NCBI RefSeq assembly: GCF_009914755.1
Contig: NC_060928.1
Direction: 5' to 3' (one strand)
From: the human T2T-CHM13v2.0 reference genome, Homo sapiens
DNA length: 64,000 nucleotides
The position numbers were made by a program, and so were the translations under genes. Position 1 is the first letter of the stretch. Each line of letters opens with the position of its first letter. Below, piece by piece: positions 62,126 through 64,000 of this stretch. A model generated the notes under the pieces. It was given only the letters and a program-made list of their open reading frames with translations. It had not been told where the DNA came from and made no database searches.

Positions 62126-64000
62126 GAAGGAAGGAAGAAAATGAAAACCAAACAAGAGAAGAGAGGCTGATTCCATGATTTTCAACACAATAGAAATTTC
62201 CATTGTTCTCTGAGATTCCCTTGGGCTCTGGTCTTCAGAATGTTATTGTTATTATTATTATTTCCTTTAGAACTTCTAATGAGCACATTGACCATTGCTT
62301 CCAGGTTTTCGAATTGTCCTTTGCCCTTAAACTCCTCAGTGGCTTGGGTTTTATTCCAATAGAGCAGAGGATATGAAATATTTCTTGGTTAATGTTTCTG
62401 GGTTTGCAGTATCAGTCAGTGACCAGAGTTGGATTTTACGTCTAAAAACCATATAAACTCAAGCCGAGACTTGTCTGGGTGTAGACTTCCCATTGCCAAA
62501 TTTAATTTTATTATTTAAAGTCATGTTGAGAAGTCATGTAGGTGGTCTTTCTTCTAAGCTAGGACAGACTTATCAGTCTCACTTGCCTGGTACTACTTTA
62601 TGAGGTAAATAATTAATTTGAGATATTAGGCATAAGCTGGTCTTGATCTGTTCTCAAACTCCAGGTGGGTAGAAAGCTCAACTGTTGACACAGGGCCTGG
62701 CATGGGAAATGATTACATGGGAAGCCATGTCTGATAACCAGAAATGATACTTCATAATAACACAAAGATAATGAGAGAGATTGGGAGTCAGGTTAGTGTG
62801 TGAAACTAGCAGTAGACCGAGAGGGAAAGTGGGTTGTGATCCTTCTTTGAAGTCACCACAGAGTCTTTCTGCTCCTTCACCCACTATGGTTAGTGAATGA
62901 CCAAGGATACTGACTTTACCTCCTACTATTACTCAAATGTATATCTCTTCTCCGTCATTTCTCCTGTTCAGTTCCTCTTTCTCTCTAGCCTGGTCAATTG
63001 CAATATCTTTGTAACATGTTTTCTAGACTGTAATATTGCTCCTATTATCCATCCTTCCAACTAGGAAAGTAATATTCCTGAAGTCCAAATCATGCCATGT
63101 CCCTACCTTATTAGTTCTCTGTGTTGAGATCAGATGAAGCTATAGGCAGAGATGCTCTTATGACATGAAGGACTGGGGTTCCCTTGTAAGACCATCAGAA
63201 TTTGCCCTATCTAAGCCCCTACTCAGGAGCCTAGAGGAATCCCTGAACTGAATGGTCTGAGTCAGCTGATACTCTCAGATAACAGCACTTTGCTCATAAT
63301 ATATGAAAACAGGAGCATGATTTAGAAAAAAAAAAGGAACCAAAATCACCAGCTAATAGATATTATGCAATAAGCACATTACAGAAACACAAAGTCCTGG
63401 TGTACATCACCAGGGCAGTCCCTGAGGACAGTCTAGCCAATAACTACACTTAAGTTGGGTCTCCAGATCTGATTTTCTAAGTTTCTGATCCTGGATCCTT
63501 TCATAAATTATAGCTGCTACCTCCAATCCCACCCCAAGTCTCATGAACAGGAAATCTGTGAAAAAGTTTTACAGGGAGGTTTGAGAACTCCCTCTGAGCT
63601 AGCCAATCCAGAGTCTTGCTTTCAGCCAAGCTTCCATCATACCCAGATTTTAATGATGAGTTATTTATGTTCTCACTTAAGGAAATCCTTTCCTACCCTT
63701 TGGAACTTCTATTTATCTTGTTATTAAAACTGTCTTCAAATAGATTTCCTGCTGCAATACAACACACTTGGTGACTTTCTCAGTCTTACAATGGGATTAG
63801 ATATTTAGTGCTGAAAGGATCATTGCAAGGAGAGCAATCAGGTTTCTTCTCAGTGACAACTGCTTGGTCTTCTTTGCTGTAAAAGAACTTTGCTTTGAGC
63901 TTTGATACATGGAAAATGTCTGCCAGAGGCCCTGGTGAGAAAGAGTCCGTGTGTCTGCCCATCTTGGGTCATACCCTTGTCATCCAGGAACTAACAAGTC

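Overview
This is primate (most likely human) non-coding genomic DNA, intergenic or deep intronic, and roughly half or more of it is recognisable interspersed repeat. It holds about 27 Alu elements, a full-length but inactivated L1PA7-like LINE (24399-30879, 16-bp TSD) and many older L1M/L2/MIR/CR1 fragments. LTR elements include a two-LTR MST MaLR provirus (9212-11698) and solo LTRs (LTR7B/HERV-H, MER51, MST, MLT1, LTR16, LTR33, MER21). DNA transposons are two MER2 copies and one MER53. A decayed RPL18 processed pseudogene lies on the minus strand at about 55995-56469. I see no intact protein-coding gene, RNA gene or CRISPR array; most ORFs in the track are repeat-derived and the rest resemble no protein I recognise. 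I cannot support a claim of a new biological system. The best leads are motif-dense unique segments that look like enhancers or promoters (5.7-6.4 kb, 17.3-17.8 kb, 58.2-59.1 kb), a diverged 1.47-kb-spaced duplication, and several unusual insertion or repair signatures. Subfamily names come from recalled consensus sequences and need RepeatMasker/Dfam confirmation; boundaries of old repeats are approximate.
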